A stretch of DNA of 64,000 nt from Ignavibacteriota bacterium. GTDB lineage: Bacteria; Bacteroidota; Ignavibacteria; Tepidaquicellales; Tepidaquicellaceae. Below, one piece after another: positions 31,391 through 40,644 of this stretch. Below the pieces are notes generated by a model. It worked only from the letters and a program-made list of their open reading frames with translations. It was not told where the DNA came from and ran no database searches. Where the stretch lies: contig JAGQWG010000001.1 in NCBI GenBank assembly GCA_020437585.1, forward strand, positions 216,577 through 280,576. The letters run 5' to 3'. The translations under genes and the position numbers were made by a program. Position 1 is the stretch's first letter. Each line of letters opens with the position of its first letter.

Positions 31391-33106
31391 TTATCCGGAT
31401 ATCCATTTTTCCCAGACTTTCCTTTGCATTTCATCTGGATTTTCTATTTTTACAAGCTCGTATGTAGGAACCTGTTCAAGTATCTTCATCTTGAGGTCCC
31501 TCACTTTCCCGGCTCGGCTGTATACAACTTCTGTCTCGTCGCCGGGTTTATATGTGTTTAACACTGCTTTAAAGTTACTATTACTTACTCTAATGCCATT
31601 CAAAGCAATCAACTCATCACCCGCGCTTAATCCAGCACCATAAGCGGAGCCCCCGTCATAAACCTCATCCAATATTACATTATCGCTTTTCTTATTAATA
31701 ACGGCATTTAGCTTTATCTCTCCCTCCTTATTTTTATCCTTCAATTCAACACCTGCCTTTAATAAATATTCTGCAAATGAAATCTCATCCGTCCCCCTTA
31801 TATACTTGTTCCAAAATTCATCCATATTCTTGCCGGTTAAACTCTCTATTACTTCCTTTACCCTATCACCTGTATAACCCTTGCTTGAATCATTGTTGTA
31901 ATCATCGAATAATATCCTTAGCGCATCATCGAGCGATTTTTCATAGTTAGAACCTGTGATTATCTCGATATCAAGCATTAAGGCAATCATACCACCCTTT
32001 TTATAGTAAGAGATTTGGTCATTCCTGCTGTTCTCGTGACGGTTGTAAAACTTTGTCCAGTTATAATAACTTGAATCTTCCAGCGACTGATGAAATCTTC
32101 CTGTATATCTCATTACCTCGTTAACCTCATCAGCGACAAACTCAAGGTATTCTTTATCATCGACAATATCAGCTCTTCGTAGAATAAGGTTATCGAAGAA
32201 ACTAGTCCATCCTTCCGTTACCCAATGCATCCTGGTATAGACTTCCTTTGAATAATCGAATGGCCCGAGTCCGACTGGTCTAACCCGCTTTACATTCCAT
32301 ACATGGAATAACTCATGAGATATCAGTCCAAGGAATTTCTTGTACCGCTTCTCGTCGTCGAATACCCATGGCTGATACATTGCAGAAAATGAATTGAGAT
32401 GTTCGAGTCCCCCACCCGCACCTTCGGCAACTGTAATTAAAAACGTAAAGTTCTCATAGGGAAGCCCGTCCATCATCTTGCTTTCTGCTTCAACTATCTT
32501 TTCAAAATCCACTACAAACTTTTCAGCATCATAATTACCTGCTCCATAAATACTTATATAATGTTTCTTCTCATCAACTTCAAATTCCAATACTTGCTGA
32601 TTCCCTATTTCTATTGGACAGTCTGCCAAAATATCATAGTTCTCAGCGCTGAATCTGCCATCACCAATCTTTTTCAATCCGGTTGATATCTTTTCCCAGT
32701 CTTGGTATGGTTGTATTTCCAATTCGCATTCGTCACCTATCCTCCCCTTAATATACATAAACACGCTCGTTCCATTTAAATATGCATGATCAGAGGTTAT
32801 CTCACTCGTCCTCACTGTAAGCTCGTTACAGTAAACCCTGTAAGCTAGTTTTAGATCTCCTACACCGGATGTATTTATTTTCCACGAACTTTTTCCGGTT
32901 TTTTCACAATCAAGTTCCTTACCATTTGTAATTGCTTTAACCTTATCCACGTGCCTTGCATAGTCTCTAACCTTATATGATCCCGGAGTCCACACCGGCA
33001 TCTCAAACTCCATCTCTTCTGCACCATCGGTAGAGGTTTTTATTTCAACATCACAATAATGTGTTACTGGATTTGGAAATGAAATTTTGTATTCTATTTT
33101 ACTCAT
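31391..33106 (-). CDS. M61 family glycyl aminopeptidase with C-terminal PDZ domain
   Basis: HELFHVWNVKR zinc motif. PDZ-like GSAYGAGLSAGDELIALNG. Confidence 0.8.
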   Translation of the reverse strand: MSKIEYKISFPNPVTHYCDVEIKTSTDGAEEMEFEMPVWTPGSYKVRDYARHVDKVKAITNGKELDCEKTGKSSWKINTSGVGDLKLAYRVYCNELTVRTSEITSDHAYLNGTSVFMYIKGRIGDECELEIQPYQDWEKISTGLKKIGDGRFSAENYDILADCPIEIGNQQVLEFEVDEKKHYISIYGAGNYDAEKFVVDFEKIVEAESKMMDGLPYENFTFLITVAEGAGGGLEHLNSFSAMYQPWVFDDEKRYKKFLGLISHELFHVWNVKRVRPVGLGPFDYSKEVYTRMHWVTEGWTSFFDNLILRRADIVDDKEYLEFVADEVNEVMRYTGRFHQSLEDSSYYNWTKFYNRHENSRNDQISYYKKGGMIALMLDIEIITGSNYEKSLDDALRILFDDYNNDSSKGYTGDRVKEVIESLTGKNMDEFWNKYIRGTDEISFAEYLLKAGVELKDKNKEGEIKLNAVINKKSDNVILDEVYDGGSAYGAGLSAGDELIALNGIRVSNSNFKAVLNTYKPGDETEVVYSRAGKVRDLKMKILEQVPTYELVKIENPDEMQRKVWEKWISG

Positions 33107-33144
33107 TGAAATTACTAGTGCTGAGGTTGATTTTGTGGTTAAAT

Positions 33145-33615
33145 TTAAATGTCCTGATAATTCTCTTCTTCGTTCTGAAATAGCCCTAAAACCTCTTTCG
33201 ATGTTTTAGCTTCATCTAGTTTATCCCGGAACTTATCGTTATTCATTATTCTGGAGATACGGCTGAGGAGTTTTATGTGTGTGTTCAATAGACTGTCTTT
33301 TCCTACCAACAGGAATACGAATTTCACCGGCTCTGAATCTATTGAATCGAAATCTATCGGGTCCTTAAGTATTGCGAATGAAGCAGTAACATCCGATATC
33401 TCGTCTGTTTTTCCGTGCGGAATTGCAAACCCTTTCCCCACCCCTGTCGAAACAAGTTTCTCCCTCTCAAAAACACATTCCACTACCTTTTCCTTATCGA
33501 TGATCTTCCCGGATCTTGCCGCAATATCAATCATCTTATTTATACAATCATCCTTATCATTTACTTCCAACCCTACGGATATAAGATCCTCTGTAAGTAT
33601 TTCACTTATTTTCAT
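33145..33615 (-). CDS. PTS EIIA(Ntr/Fru)-type protein (PtsN-like)
   Basis: 156 aa. The motif GKGFAIPHGK contains the active-site His. Confidence 0.75.
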   Translation of the reverse strand: MKISEILTEDLISVGLEVNDKDDCINKMIDIAARSGKIIDKEKVVECVFEREKLVSTGVGKGFAIPHGKTDEISDVTASFAILKDPIDFDSIDSEPVKFVFLLVGKDSLLNTHIKLLSRISRIMNNDKFRDKLDEAKTSKEVLGLFQNEEENYQDI

Positions 33616-33638
33616 TGTAAAACGAAACTCCTTTCGAC

Positions 33639-36086
33639 TTAATTGTAATTTTTTACTATATAGCTTAAAATTTTTGTTTTATAACTCTCTATTAATTCAT
33701 CTGTCCTTTCTTCCGAATCAGTCTCGACGTTCAAATGAACTAGTCCTCTATGCTTATCTGGCGTGAATAACACTGTATCATTATTGTTAATGAATATCTT
33801 TACCCCATCTATCAATTCCTGCGGATATTGTACATTATCTTCCATAAACTGCCTCATTATCGTTCCTTTTAGATCTTTCGGACATTCGATATTTTCTTTC
33901 TTCATATTCAGCTTTACCAGCTCCCGGTCTAGTTCGTCTATATTACATTCGCTCCTTGCTATCAATTCTAGTATTTTGGCAACAGAAAACATCCCGTCCG
34001 TCGCGTATAGAAATTCCGGGAATAAAAATCCTCCTCTTGTTCCTCCCACAAAACTTACCTCCGGGTCCTCACATGCCATCATCATCGCATAATGAGTATC
34101 CTTCACCCTGACTACCTCTACTCCGTACTCTTTCGCGATTATATCCACTTCCCTTGTTGATTGTACGGGAACAGCTATCTTTTTCACATCTGGTGTCACC
34201 ATCAGAAACATTTTTAATACCAGCACAAGGAATCTGTCTCCGCCAAGTATCTTACCCTCACTTGTTGCAAGCCATACTTTCTCACCGCCCGCGTCGATAG
34301 TAAAACCCAGGTCATATCCCAGGGATTTTACTACAAACGAAAAGTGCGTGAATGACTCTCTGAACTCGTCCACCGATCTGGTTATCTTATCCCTGTCCAA
34401 ATGCGCATTTAGCGAAACGATCTCGCAATCAAACTCTCCCAATATGCTGGGAAAGATTGTCGATGCGATTCCAAATGAATAATCAATTACTAATTTAAAC
34501 TTTGCTTTCTTGATTGCCTCCACGTCCAGCGATTCCAGAAAGTGTTTTTGATATTTCTCGTTCGTCCTTTCCTGAAATTTAAAATAACCTACATCGTAAT
34601 AATCCGCTCTCCTGTATTCCTCACTGAAGAATAATCTCTCGATTGCCTTTGTCTTATTGCTTGAAAGATCTTTCCCATCACTGTCGAAAAATATTATATC
34701 CGTCGAGCTCCTGTCGAATGGCGATTTCCTCACAAATATCCCCGCGTCTCCTTCACCGTTTTCAAGGATCTGTCTTAAAATTGGTATCGGTATAACCTGT
34801 GTGTCTATAACGTTTACCCCTGCTGACATTAGTCCGCTTGATACAGATCTCTTTATCATGTTTGACACATAATCGATATCCCTGGCTATCAATACCCTCT
34901 TACCCTCACCGACAAAAGCGCCAAATACTGTTCCCAGCTTAGATGCAAATTCAGGATTTACTTGCAGATTCGATAGTCCTGTTATTCTTGAATCCGTGAA
35001 AAGCTCCGTAAAGAATTTATCATCATATATAAGACTTCTGCCGACCTTCTCACCATCGTCGATCACCTTCTTATCCCATATTTTAATGCTCGAGCTGATG
35101 AATACATTATTGCCAATACTACATTCATCTCCTACAAAAACATAATCATTTATCCTGGTATCATGCCCGATCGTGCAGTTCCTTCCTATAACATCATAGA
35201 TAAGCTTGCTATTACTCCCGATTTTTACACCATCCCATACCACCGAATTCTGTATTACTGCCCCGGCTTCTATCTCGACATCGTCACCTATAATACTGTG
35301 ATTGATTGAGGCATCTGGATGGATTTTCGCCGTTGGACTAATACAGTTGCCGTTCCCGTCCGTCTCATTAATATAATTCAACTCGTTGTTTAGAACATCC
35401 ATGTTGGACGAAATATACTCTTCCAGGTTACCGACATCCCTCCAGTAACCGTCCGTCTTACATCCGTATATCGGTATCCCGCTTTCTAGCAATTTTGGAA
35501 AGAGGTCTTTGGAAAAATCGTAATTCTCTTTTTCCGGTATGTGAGAAAATATCTCTTTATTGAAAAAATAAATTCCAGTATTAATTGTATCTGAAAAAAC
35601 TTCCGACGATGACGGCTTCTCCAAAAACCTTACTATCCTTCCGTCTTCACCTGTTAGCACTATCCCAAATTGAAGCGGGTTCCTTGAGCTGTATAACGCC
35701 ATTGTGGCTATTGTTCCTTTATCGTTATGGAACTCACCTATCGAGCTAAGATCAAAATCCGTCAGCACATCACCGCTGATAACCACAAACTTGTCCTCGA
35801 TATATTTCTCGGCTAGCTTCACTGCGCCCGCAGTCCCATAATCCTGGTCTGGTATAATGTACCTTATATTAACACCATAGTCCGAACCATCCCCGAATAT
35901 CGCTTCGATCTTCTCGGGCATGTAATAAAGCATTATGGTATAATCTGTAATATTATGAGTCTTTAGTAGTGCAAAGATGTGCTCTAGGATAGGTTTATTG
36001 ACGATGGGTACCATCGGTTTCGGAATGTTGTTTGTTAGTGGTCTTAGCCTCGTTCCGAAACCTCCGGCCATTATGACTGCCTGCAT
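33639..36086 (-). CDS. Fusion protein: sugar-1-phosphate nucleotidyltransferase + left-handed beta-helix + phosphomannomutase/phosphoglucomutase-like domain
   Basis: N-terminus MAGGFGTRLRPLTNNIPKPMVPI. Hexapeptide repeats in the middle. The C-terminal half resembles PGM/PMM. 815 aa. Confidence 0.8.
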   Translation of the reverse strand: MQAVIMAGGFGTRLRPLTNNIPKPMVPIVNKPILEHIFALLKTHNITDYTIMLYYMPEKIEAIFGDGSDYGVNIRYIIPDQDYGTAGAVKLAEKYIEDKFVVISGDVLTDFDLSSIGEFHNDKGTIATMALYSSRNPLQFGIVLTGEDGRIVRFLEKPSSSEVFSDTINTGIYFFNKEIFSHIPEKENYDFSKDLFPKLLESGIPIYGCKTDGYWRDVGNLEEYISSNMDVLNNELNYINETDGNGNCISPTAKIHPDASINHSIIGDDVEIEAGAVIQNSVVWDGVKIGSNSKLIYDVIGRNCTIGHDTRINDYVFVGDECSIGNNVFISSSIKIWDKKVIDDGEKVGRSLIYDDKFFTELFTDSRITGLSNLQVNPEFASKLGTVFGAFVGEGKRVLIARDIDYVSNMIKRSVSSGLMSAGVNVIDTQVIPIPILRQILENGEGDAGIFVRKSPFDRSSTDIIFFDSDGKDLSSNKTKAIERLFFSEEYRRADYYDVGYFKFQERTNEKYQKHFLESLDVEAIKKAKFKLVIDYSFGIASTIFPSILGEFDCEIVSLNAHLDRDKITRSVDEFRESFTHFSFVVKSLGYDLGFTIDAGGEKVWLATSEGKILGGDRFLVLVLKMFLMVTPDVKKIAVPVQSTREVDIIAKEYGVEVVRVKDTHYAMMMACEDPEVSFVGGTRGGFLFPEFLYATDGMFSVAKILELIARSECNIDELDRELVKLNMKKENIECPKDLKGTIMRQFMEDNVQYPQELIDGVKIFINNNDTVLFTPDKHRGLVHLNVETDSEERTDELIESYKTKILSYIVKNYN

Positions 36087-36104
36087 GACGTTATAATTGC
36101 TCCA

Positions 36105-36704
36105 TTATTTGTTGAAGTTTACCTCCGGTACCTGGTCACTGCCCTCTTTCGATTTGAAATACTGCTTCTCTTTGAAACCAAATATTCCTGCCGTTATCAA
36201 TGTTGGGAATGATCTTATCTCTGTATTATATGCCTGAACCGCTTCGTTAAATCTCCTTCTCTCCACCGCGATCCTGTTCTCTGTTCCTTCTAGCTGTGCT
36301 TGAAGCTGTAGGAAGTTCTCGTTTGCTTTCAACTCCGGATAATTCTCTACTACAACAAGAAGTCTCGATAGAGCCCCTGACAGTTGATCCTGTGCGTTCT
36401 GAAACTGCTGGAATTTCTCCGGGTCGCTCAGGTCATCTGCTGTTAACTGGGTCTGTCCGACTTTGCTTCTCGCATCGGTAACCTCCGTTAATACACTTTT
36501 TTCAAAATCCGCGTATCCTTTTACTGTATTTACAAGATTAGGGATCAAGTCTGCGCGTCTCTGGTATTGATTTTCTACCTGGGACCACGCTCCGTTTACC
36601 TGCTCTTCCATTGTAACAAGCGTGTTATACCCGCATCCGGAAAGAGAAATCGATGTTATGAATAAAATTGATAGGAAAATTAGATTCTTGTAAGCAGTCT
36701 TCAT
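36105..36704 (-). CDS. LemA family protein
   Basis: Lipobox LSGC. AWSQVENQYQRRADLIPNLV and YPELKANENFLQLQ are typical of LemA. Confidence 0.85.
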   Translation of the reverse strand: MKTAYKNLIFLSILFITSISLSGCGYNTLVTMEEQVNGAWSQVENQYQRRADLIPNLVNTVKGYADFEKSVLTEVTDARSKVGQTQLTADDLSDPEKFQQFQNAQDQLSGALSRLLVVVENYPELKANENFLQLQAQLEGTENRIAVERRRFNEAVQAYNTEIRSFPTLITAGIFGFKEKQYFKSKEGSDQVPEVNFNK

Positions 36705-36807
36705 ATATTGCGTTTAATAACAAAAATACTATTAAGTGCCTTAAATTACAATCCGTATTGAACTCAATTAGTCCATTTAACAATGTAAATTTAAAATACT
36801 AAACAAA

Positions 36808-36828
36808 GGACTTGCGGACTATAATACC
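36808..36828 (+). promoter_or_regulatory. GGACT-TGC-GGACTATAATACC element upstream of the methyltransferase gene (promoter and/or C-box candidate)
   Basis: The 12-mer GACTATAATACC (36817-36828) lies 31 nt before the TTG start. The same 12-mer recurs at 38783-38794, in the region upstream of the C gene. It contains a TATAAT hexamer. Confidence 0.3.
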
Positions 36829-36858
36829 CATGCTTATATTATTATAAAAAAATTATAT

Positions 36859-37788
36859 TTGGGCAATCACTCAATTAATAGTCCTTTCAGATATGCTGGT
36901 GGTAAGTTTTACGCACGGAAACTAATACTATCCCTTATTCCAGAACATTCTGAATACATCGAACCTTTTGCAGGAGGTGGAAGTATTTTCTTTGCCAAGG
37001 GAAAGGTGGACTTTAATCAATTAAATGATATTGACGAAGAACTTTATAATACTTTTTTAACAATTCGTGATTTCCCTGATGAGTTAATATGTTTCCTTAC
37101 AAAAAGACCTGAGAGTGAAAGCTTAATTCTTGAATCATTAAGTCCAGAAGTGGCATTTGGGGATCCTCTTCCCGCTAAAAAGGAGCTTCATAAATTTTTC
37201 AAACACGATTTTAATCCTTCAACCGATATTGAAAGGGCTGGACGATGGTATTATTTGAATCGTACTTCATATAGTGGTATTATGAATATTCAGAACATGT
37301 ATTGGGGTTATGGAGATAAATTTTCAATGCAGCCTAAAAATTGGGCTTCTAACATTAGAAGAGCAAGTGAAAAACTTCAGAATACACAGCTTACTTCTCT
37401 GGATTTTGAAGAAGTAATTGATAATGCACCCTATGATTCTTTAATATTTGTTGATCCACCATATTTTAATGCCGATCAGGATAAATTCTATACCCATTAT
37501 TTTAATAAGGATGATCACTTCAGGCTTGAAGAATGTCTCAGAAGAAATTCTCATCGCTTAAAAATTTTCCTTACTTATGACAATTCATCTGAAATCAAGG
37601 CTTTGTACCATTGGATGAATGAAATACATGATAAGGAATGGAATTACTGTTTAAACAGAACTGATGATCAAAGAAATAAAACCAAACGTAAGGGGGAAAG
37701 AAATAAAGGACAAGAATTATTTATTTTGAATTACAATTCAGAAGAATGCCTTGTTAATAGAAGAGTTCAATTACGTCTAGAGGCTTGA
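36859..37788 (+). CDS. Dam-family (alpha class) N6-adenine DNA methyltransferase of the R-M cassette
   Basis: FRYAGGKFYARK, motif I EPFAGGGSIFF and motif IV FVDPPY. TTG start. Confidence 0.85.
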   Translation: MGNHSINSPFRYAGGKFYARKLILSLIPEHSEYIEPFAGGGSIFFAKGKVDFNQLNDIDEELYNTFLTIRDFPDELICFLTKRPESESLILESLSPEVAFGDPLPAKKELHKFFKHDFNPSTDIERAGRWYYLNRTSYSGIMNIQNMYWGYGDKFSMQPKNWASNIRRASEKLQNTQLTSLDFEEVIDNAPYDSLIFVDPPYFNADQDKFYTHYFNKDDHFRLEECLRRNSHRLKIFLTYDNSSEIKALYHWMNEIHDKEWNYCLNRTDDQRNKTKRKGERNKGQELFILNYNSEECLVNRRVQLRLEA

Positions 37789-38522
37789 TTTGATTTCCTT
37801 TTTTTCTCTACAACCTGTAACAATTTCTCTTCAAGTAATTCAGTTGAATTCCAATTTTCATCATTCAATAACTTTACTCTAGGTGTTCTAGGAATAAAAC
37901 CCCTAATAGAAATTGATTCTGGAATGCAAAATCTCCAATCCGTTTCCGTGCTAATAATAAGATCGTGGTCTGTTTGAACATTGTAGTGCCTACAGAGAAA
38001 TTCTCTGGTTCCAATATCGTGAATAATTTCTAATCCTTCGCTGATAGTATTTCCTTGATATATAGAATTAGTTGGATTGGTAAATATTAAATCAAAGTCA
38101 TTTTCAGAATATTTGTCATTGGTAGTCCCGGCAAGTCTAATGTTACTTCTGGATTTATGACACTTAACAGAAAAATGAGGCTCTTTCAAAATCCTAGAGT
38201 TTTTTCCTTGTGTAAAACTTCCGCGTACTGCACTTTTACTTTCTACTTTTAATATTATCCCTGTTCTCCTATGAGTAATTGAAATATCCTCATCTATGGT
38301 ACCGGGTTGAGCATTAAGATTCAACTTTTCAATACTCCAAATGCTTCGTGAAAGGTTTCTAATCAACATTGAATATAGATTATATTCCATTGCTTTACCC
38401 CTCACCATAGGAGTAACTTTTTGATCCTCTAAAATATGAAATAGGAACTCTATTGGTATGCCAAATTTGCTACAATAATCTACCATTTTCTTACCTAATA
38501 ATTCTAAATCTTTATTGTCCAT
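37767..38522 (-). CDS. Type II restriction endonuclease candidate (PD-(D/E)XK-like)
   Basis: 251 aa. IDEDISITHRRTGIILKVESKS gives a D...E-x-K arrangement. Translationally coupled to the upstream C gene with an 11-nt overlap. Convergent with the methyltransferase, overlapping its 3' end by 22 nt. Confidence 0.6.
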   Translation of the reverse strand: MDNKDLELLGKKMVDYCSKFGIPIEFLFHILEDQKVTPMVRGKAMEYNLYSMLIRNLSRSIWSIEKLNLNAQPGTIDEDISITHRRTGIILKVESKSAVRGSFTQGKNSRILKEPHFSVKCHKSRSNIRLAGTTNDKYSENDFDLIFTNPTNSIYQGNTISEGLEIIHDIGTREFLCRHYNVQTDHDLIISTETDWRFCIPESISIRGFIPRTPRVKLLNDENWNSTELLEEKLLQVVEKKRKSNQASRRN

Positions 38523-38745
38523 TAATTAAGTTTTTTGTAAAATCAGATATTTCACAATTTAATGTTCGGGCAATTTTAACCAGTGTTAAAAAACTAACAT
38601 TTCTTTCACCCCTCTCTATACCTCCCACATAAGATCGATCAATATTAGCTTTTAATGCAAGTTGTTCTTGTGAGAGATCTCTTCCCTTTCTTATACTTCT
38701 TATCTGCAAACCTAATGCAATCAGATATTTGCTTTTTTCTTTCAC
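38512..38745 (-). CDS. Controller (C) protein, XRE-family HTH
   Basis: 77 aa. LSQEQLALKANIDRSYVGGIERGERNVSFLTLVKIARTL is the C-protein-type HTH. GTG start. Immediately upstream of the nuclease. Confidence 0.75.
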   Translation of the reverse strand: MKEKSKYLIALGLQIRSIRKGRDLSQEQLALKANIDRSYVGGIERGERNVSFLTLVKIARTLNCEISDFTKNLINGQ

Positions 38746-38771
38746 TAGACAAAATTATCATAATGGGAGAA

Positions 38772-38794
38772 ATAATACCACAGACTATAATACC
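38772..38794. promoter_or_regulatory. ATAATACC-ACAGACT-ATAATACC element in the C-gene upstream region (C-box or promoter candidate)
   Basis: Direct repeat of ATAATACC at 38772-38779 and 38787-38794. Shares GACTATAATACC with the methyltransferase upstream region. Lies 27-49 nt upstream of the GTG start of the C gene. Confidence 0.3.
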
Positions 38795-38908
38795 TCAATA
38801 GTGTTTGAAGTTTCGGCTAAATGCCATATACTTAGAGATTTAAAAAAATCTTACTTTGATTTCTATTCAAGCATTTTTTTTGTCTCAAAATTATTATATT
38901 GTATCCCC

Positions 38909-39301
38909 ATGGAAATCGTAACTAACATTTACGAGGAACATGACAGCTACAATAGGGAAATCGCGGGTGAGCTTTATAATTTATCCTGGACTTTATTAGA
39001 TAAGAAAGCGCGTACTGAAGAAGAAGATGAAGCAATGCTGAATGCTGCTCATGCTTCGGTATATCATTGGAGAGCGCTAGGCTCCGACAGCAGTCTCGCT
39101 GCCGGGTATCTCCTCCTTTCACGTATTTATACATACAAAAAGTGCTATGACCTTGCTCTGGACTACGCCGAAAAATGTCTAGACATCTGCGAGCAAAAGG
39201 ATATTTCTGAAAATGAGTTTGATATTAATTGGGCTTACGGCGCAGTAGCATCAGCGCACCAAAACCGCGCGGAATTTTACAAAAGAAAGTATAAGAAGTA
39301 A
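38909..39301 (+). CDS. Hypothetical helical protein
   Basis: 130 aa counted from the in-frame ATG at 38909. The longer track ORF would overlap the C gene. No motif recognised. Confidence 0.5.
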   Translation: MEIVTNIYEEHDSYNREIAGELYNLSWTLLDKKARTEEEDEAMLNAAHASVYHWRALGSDSSLAAGYLLLSRIYTYKKCYDLALDYAEKCLDICEQKDISENEFDINWAYGAVASAHQNRAEFYKRKYKK

Positions 39302-39305
39302 ATCT

Positions 39306-39869
39306 TTACTGGTACGTAAACTCTATAGAATCCCCCTCTTTCAACCCGTACTTATCTGCAAATCCTGCAACAGTCTCGACTACATACATTGCCGGCTTTT
39401 CTGAGGGTAGATCCTTTTCTGAGAATGGTGTGGTGTTTTTATGTATTTTAACGATCTTCTTATCTTTACCGATGAACATTATATCCAGAGGCAGTATCGT
39501 ATTCTTCATCCAGAAGGCTTGCTGATCCTCTGTCGGAAAAACAAACAGCATTCCTCTCGCCTCATCCATGGTCTTTCTATACATTAGTCCTTGCTGTCTC
39601 TCCGGACCGTTGTCTGCGATCTCGATGTCTATTTTCTTTACTTCCTTACCGTCTTTCGTAAAAGTCAGCTCACCCTCTTTCTTAAATTGTGGCTCCTGTA
39701 CTTTATCTACTTCTTTTTGGATCGTGGGCGGTACAACAATTTCTTCTTTCTTTATCGCATACTCATAGATCAAATAGCCCGCAATAACCAAAATTACGAC
39801 TACTAGTATATTTCTCGGAAGGTTTGAACTTTCCTGCTTTTGAGGTGCCTTTTTAGTCTGCTTGCTCAT
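39306..39869 (-). CDS. DUF192 domain protein, membrane anchored
   Basis: ERQQGLMYRKTMDEARGMLFVF...MKNTILPLDIMFI...YVVE is the DUF192 signature. Confidence 0.8.
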   Translation of the reverse strand: MSKQTKKAPQKQESSNLPRNILVVVILVIAGYLIYEYAIKKEEIVVPPTIQKEVDKVQEPQFKKEGELTFTKDGKEVKKIDIEIADNGPERQQGLMYRKTMDEARGMLFVFPTEDQQAFWMKNTILPLDIMFIGKDKKIVKIHKNTTPFSEKDLPSEKPAMYVVETVAGFADKYGLKEGDSIEFTYQ

Positions 39870-40640
39870 TTATTTGTTTACCTTGTTTAAAAAGTTGCTT
39901 ACACCGTTTTTGCATTCCTCTGTCATCCTTGTTATTGCATTCAGGTCCACAGCATATTCCAGCGCCGCTTCAAAACTCATCGAGGAAATATTCCCGAACA
40001 TCTCTTTTGTCAATTTTAACGAACTTAACGGCAATTTGTTCAATCCTGCGCAGAGCTTATCCGTAAAGCTCTCCAGCTCATCCGGTTTAGTTACGTAGTT
40101 CGCAAAGCCCATTCTGTAAGCTTCATCTCCCATTATAAAACGGGAAGTTAAAAGAAGGTCTTTCGCGTGCGCTTCGGTCACTCTCTTCATCAGGAATATC
40201 ATCACTATCGCAGGGATAAATCCTATTTTTACCTCCGTATACCCGAACTGCGCTGTCTCCGATGCCACCACTATATCACATGCTGATGCTATCCCGCATC
40301 CACCTGCCAGTGCATAGCCCTCTACCATCGCAATTGTTGGTTTTCTGTTATTGTAAATTGCAAGGAGCAGATTTTTAAATTTTCTCGAATCGTCCTTGTT
40401 TTGCAATATGTCATACTCAGATATTTTTTGCAGATAATCGAGAAAGAGCCCCGAACAGAAATTACCTCCCGCCCCGGTTAGTATGATAGATTTAGTCTCT
40501 TCGTCGTTTGAATACTTGTTCATAGTATCTGTCAGCTCTTCTATCATCAGCTCGTCCAGTGAATTCCTTTTCTCCGGGCGGTTCAAAATTATCTTTTTTG
40601 TCTGGCCTTTCTCTTCTACTAAAATTCTTTGATAATCCAT
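39870..40640 (-). CDS. Enoyl-CoA hydratase/isomerase family protein
   Basis: LNRPEKRNSL, GAGGNFCSG and GYALAGGCGIASACDIVVAS..AQFGYTEVKIG. Confidence 0.85.
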   Translation of the reverse strand: MDYQRILVEEKGQTKKIILNRPEKRNSLDELMIEELTDTMNKYSNDEETKSIILTGAGGNFCSGLFLDYLQKISEYDILQNKDDSRKFKNLLLAIYNNRKPTIAMVEGYALAGGCGIASACDIVVASETAQFGYTEVKIGFIPAIVMIFLMKRVTEAHAKDLLLTSRFIMGDEAYRMGFANYVTKPDELESFTDKLCAGLNKLPLSSLKLTKEMFGNISSMSFEAALEYAVDLNAITRMTEECKNGVSNFLNKVNK

Positions 40641-40644
40641 TTTA

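Noticed and set aside
38729-38908. N-terminal extension of the hypothetical gene at 38909-39301.
   Set aside because: It would overlap the C-protein gene start and occupy the C/R control region. The extension is low-complexity and begins at a non-ATG codon.
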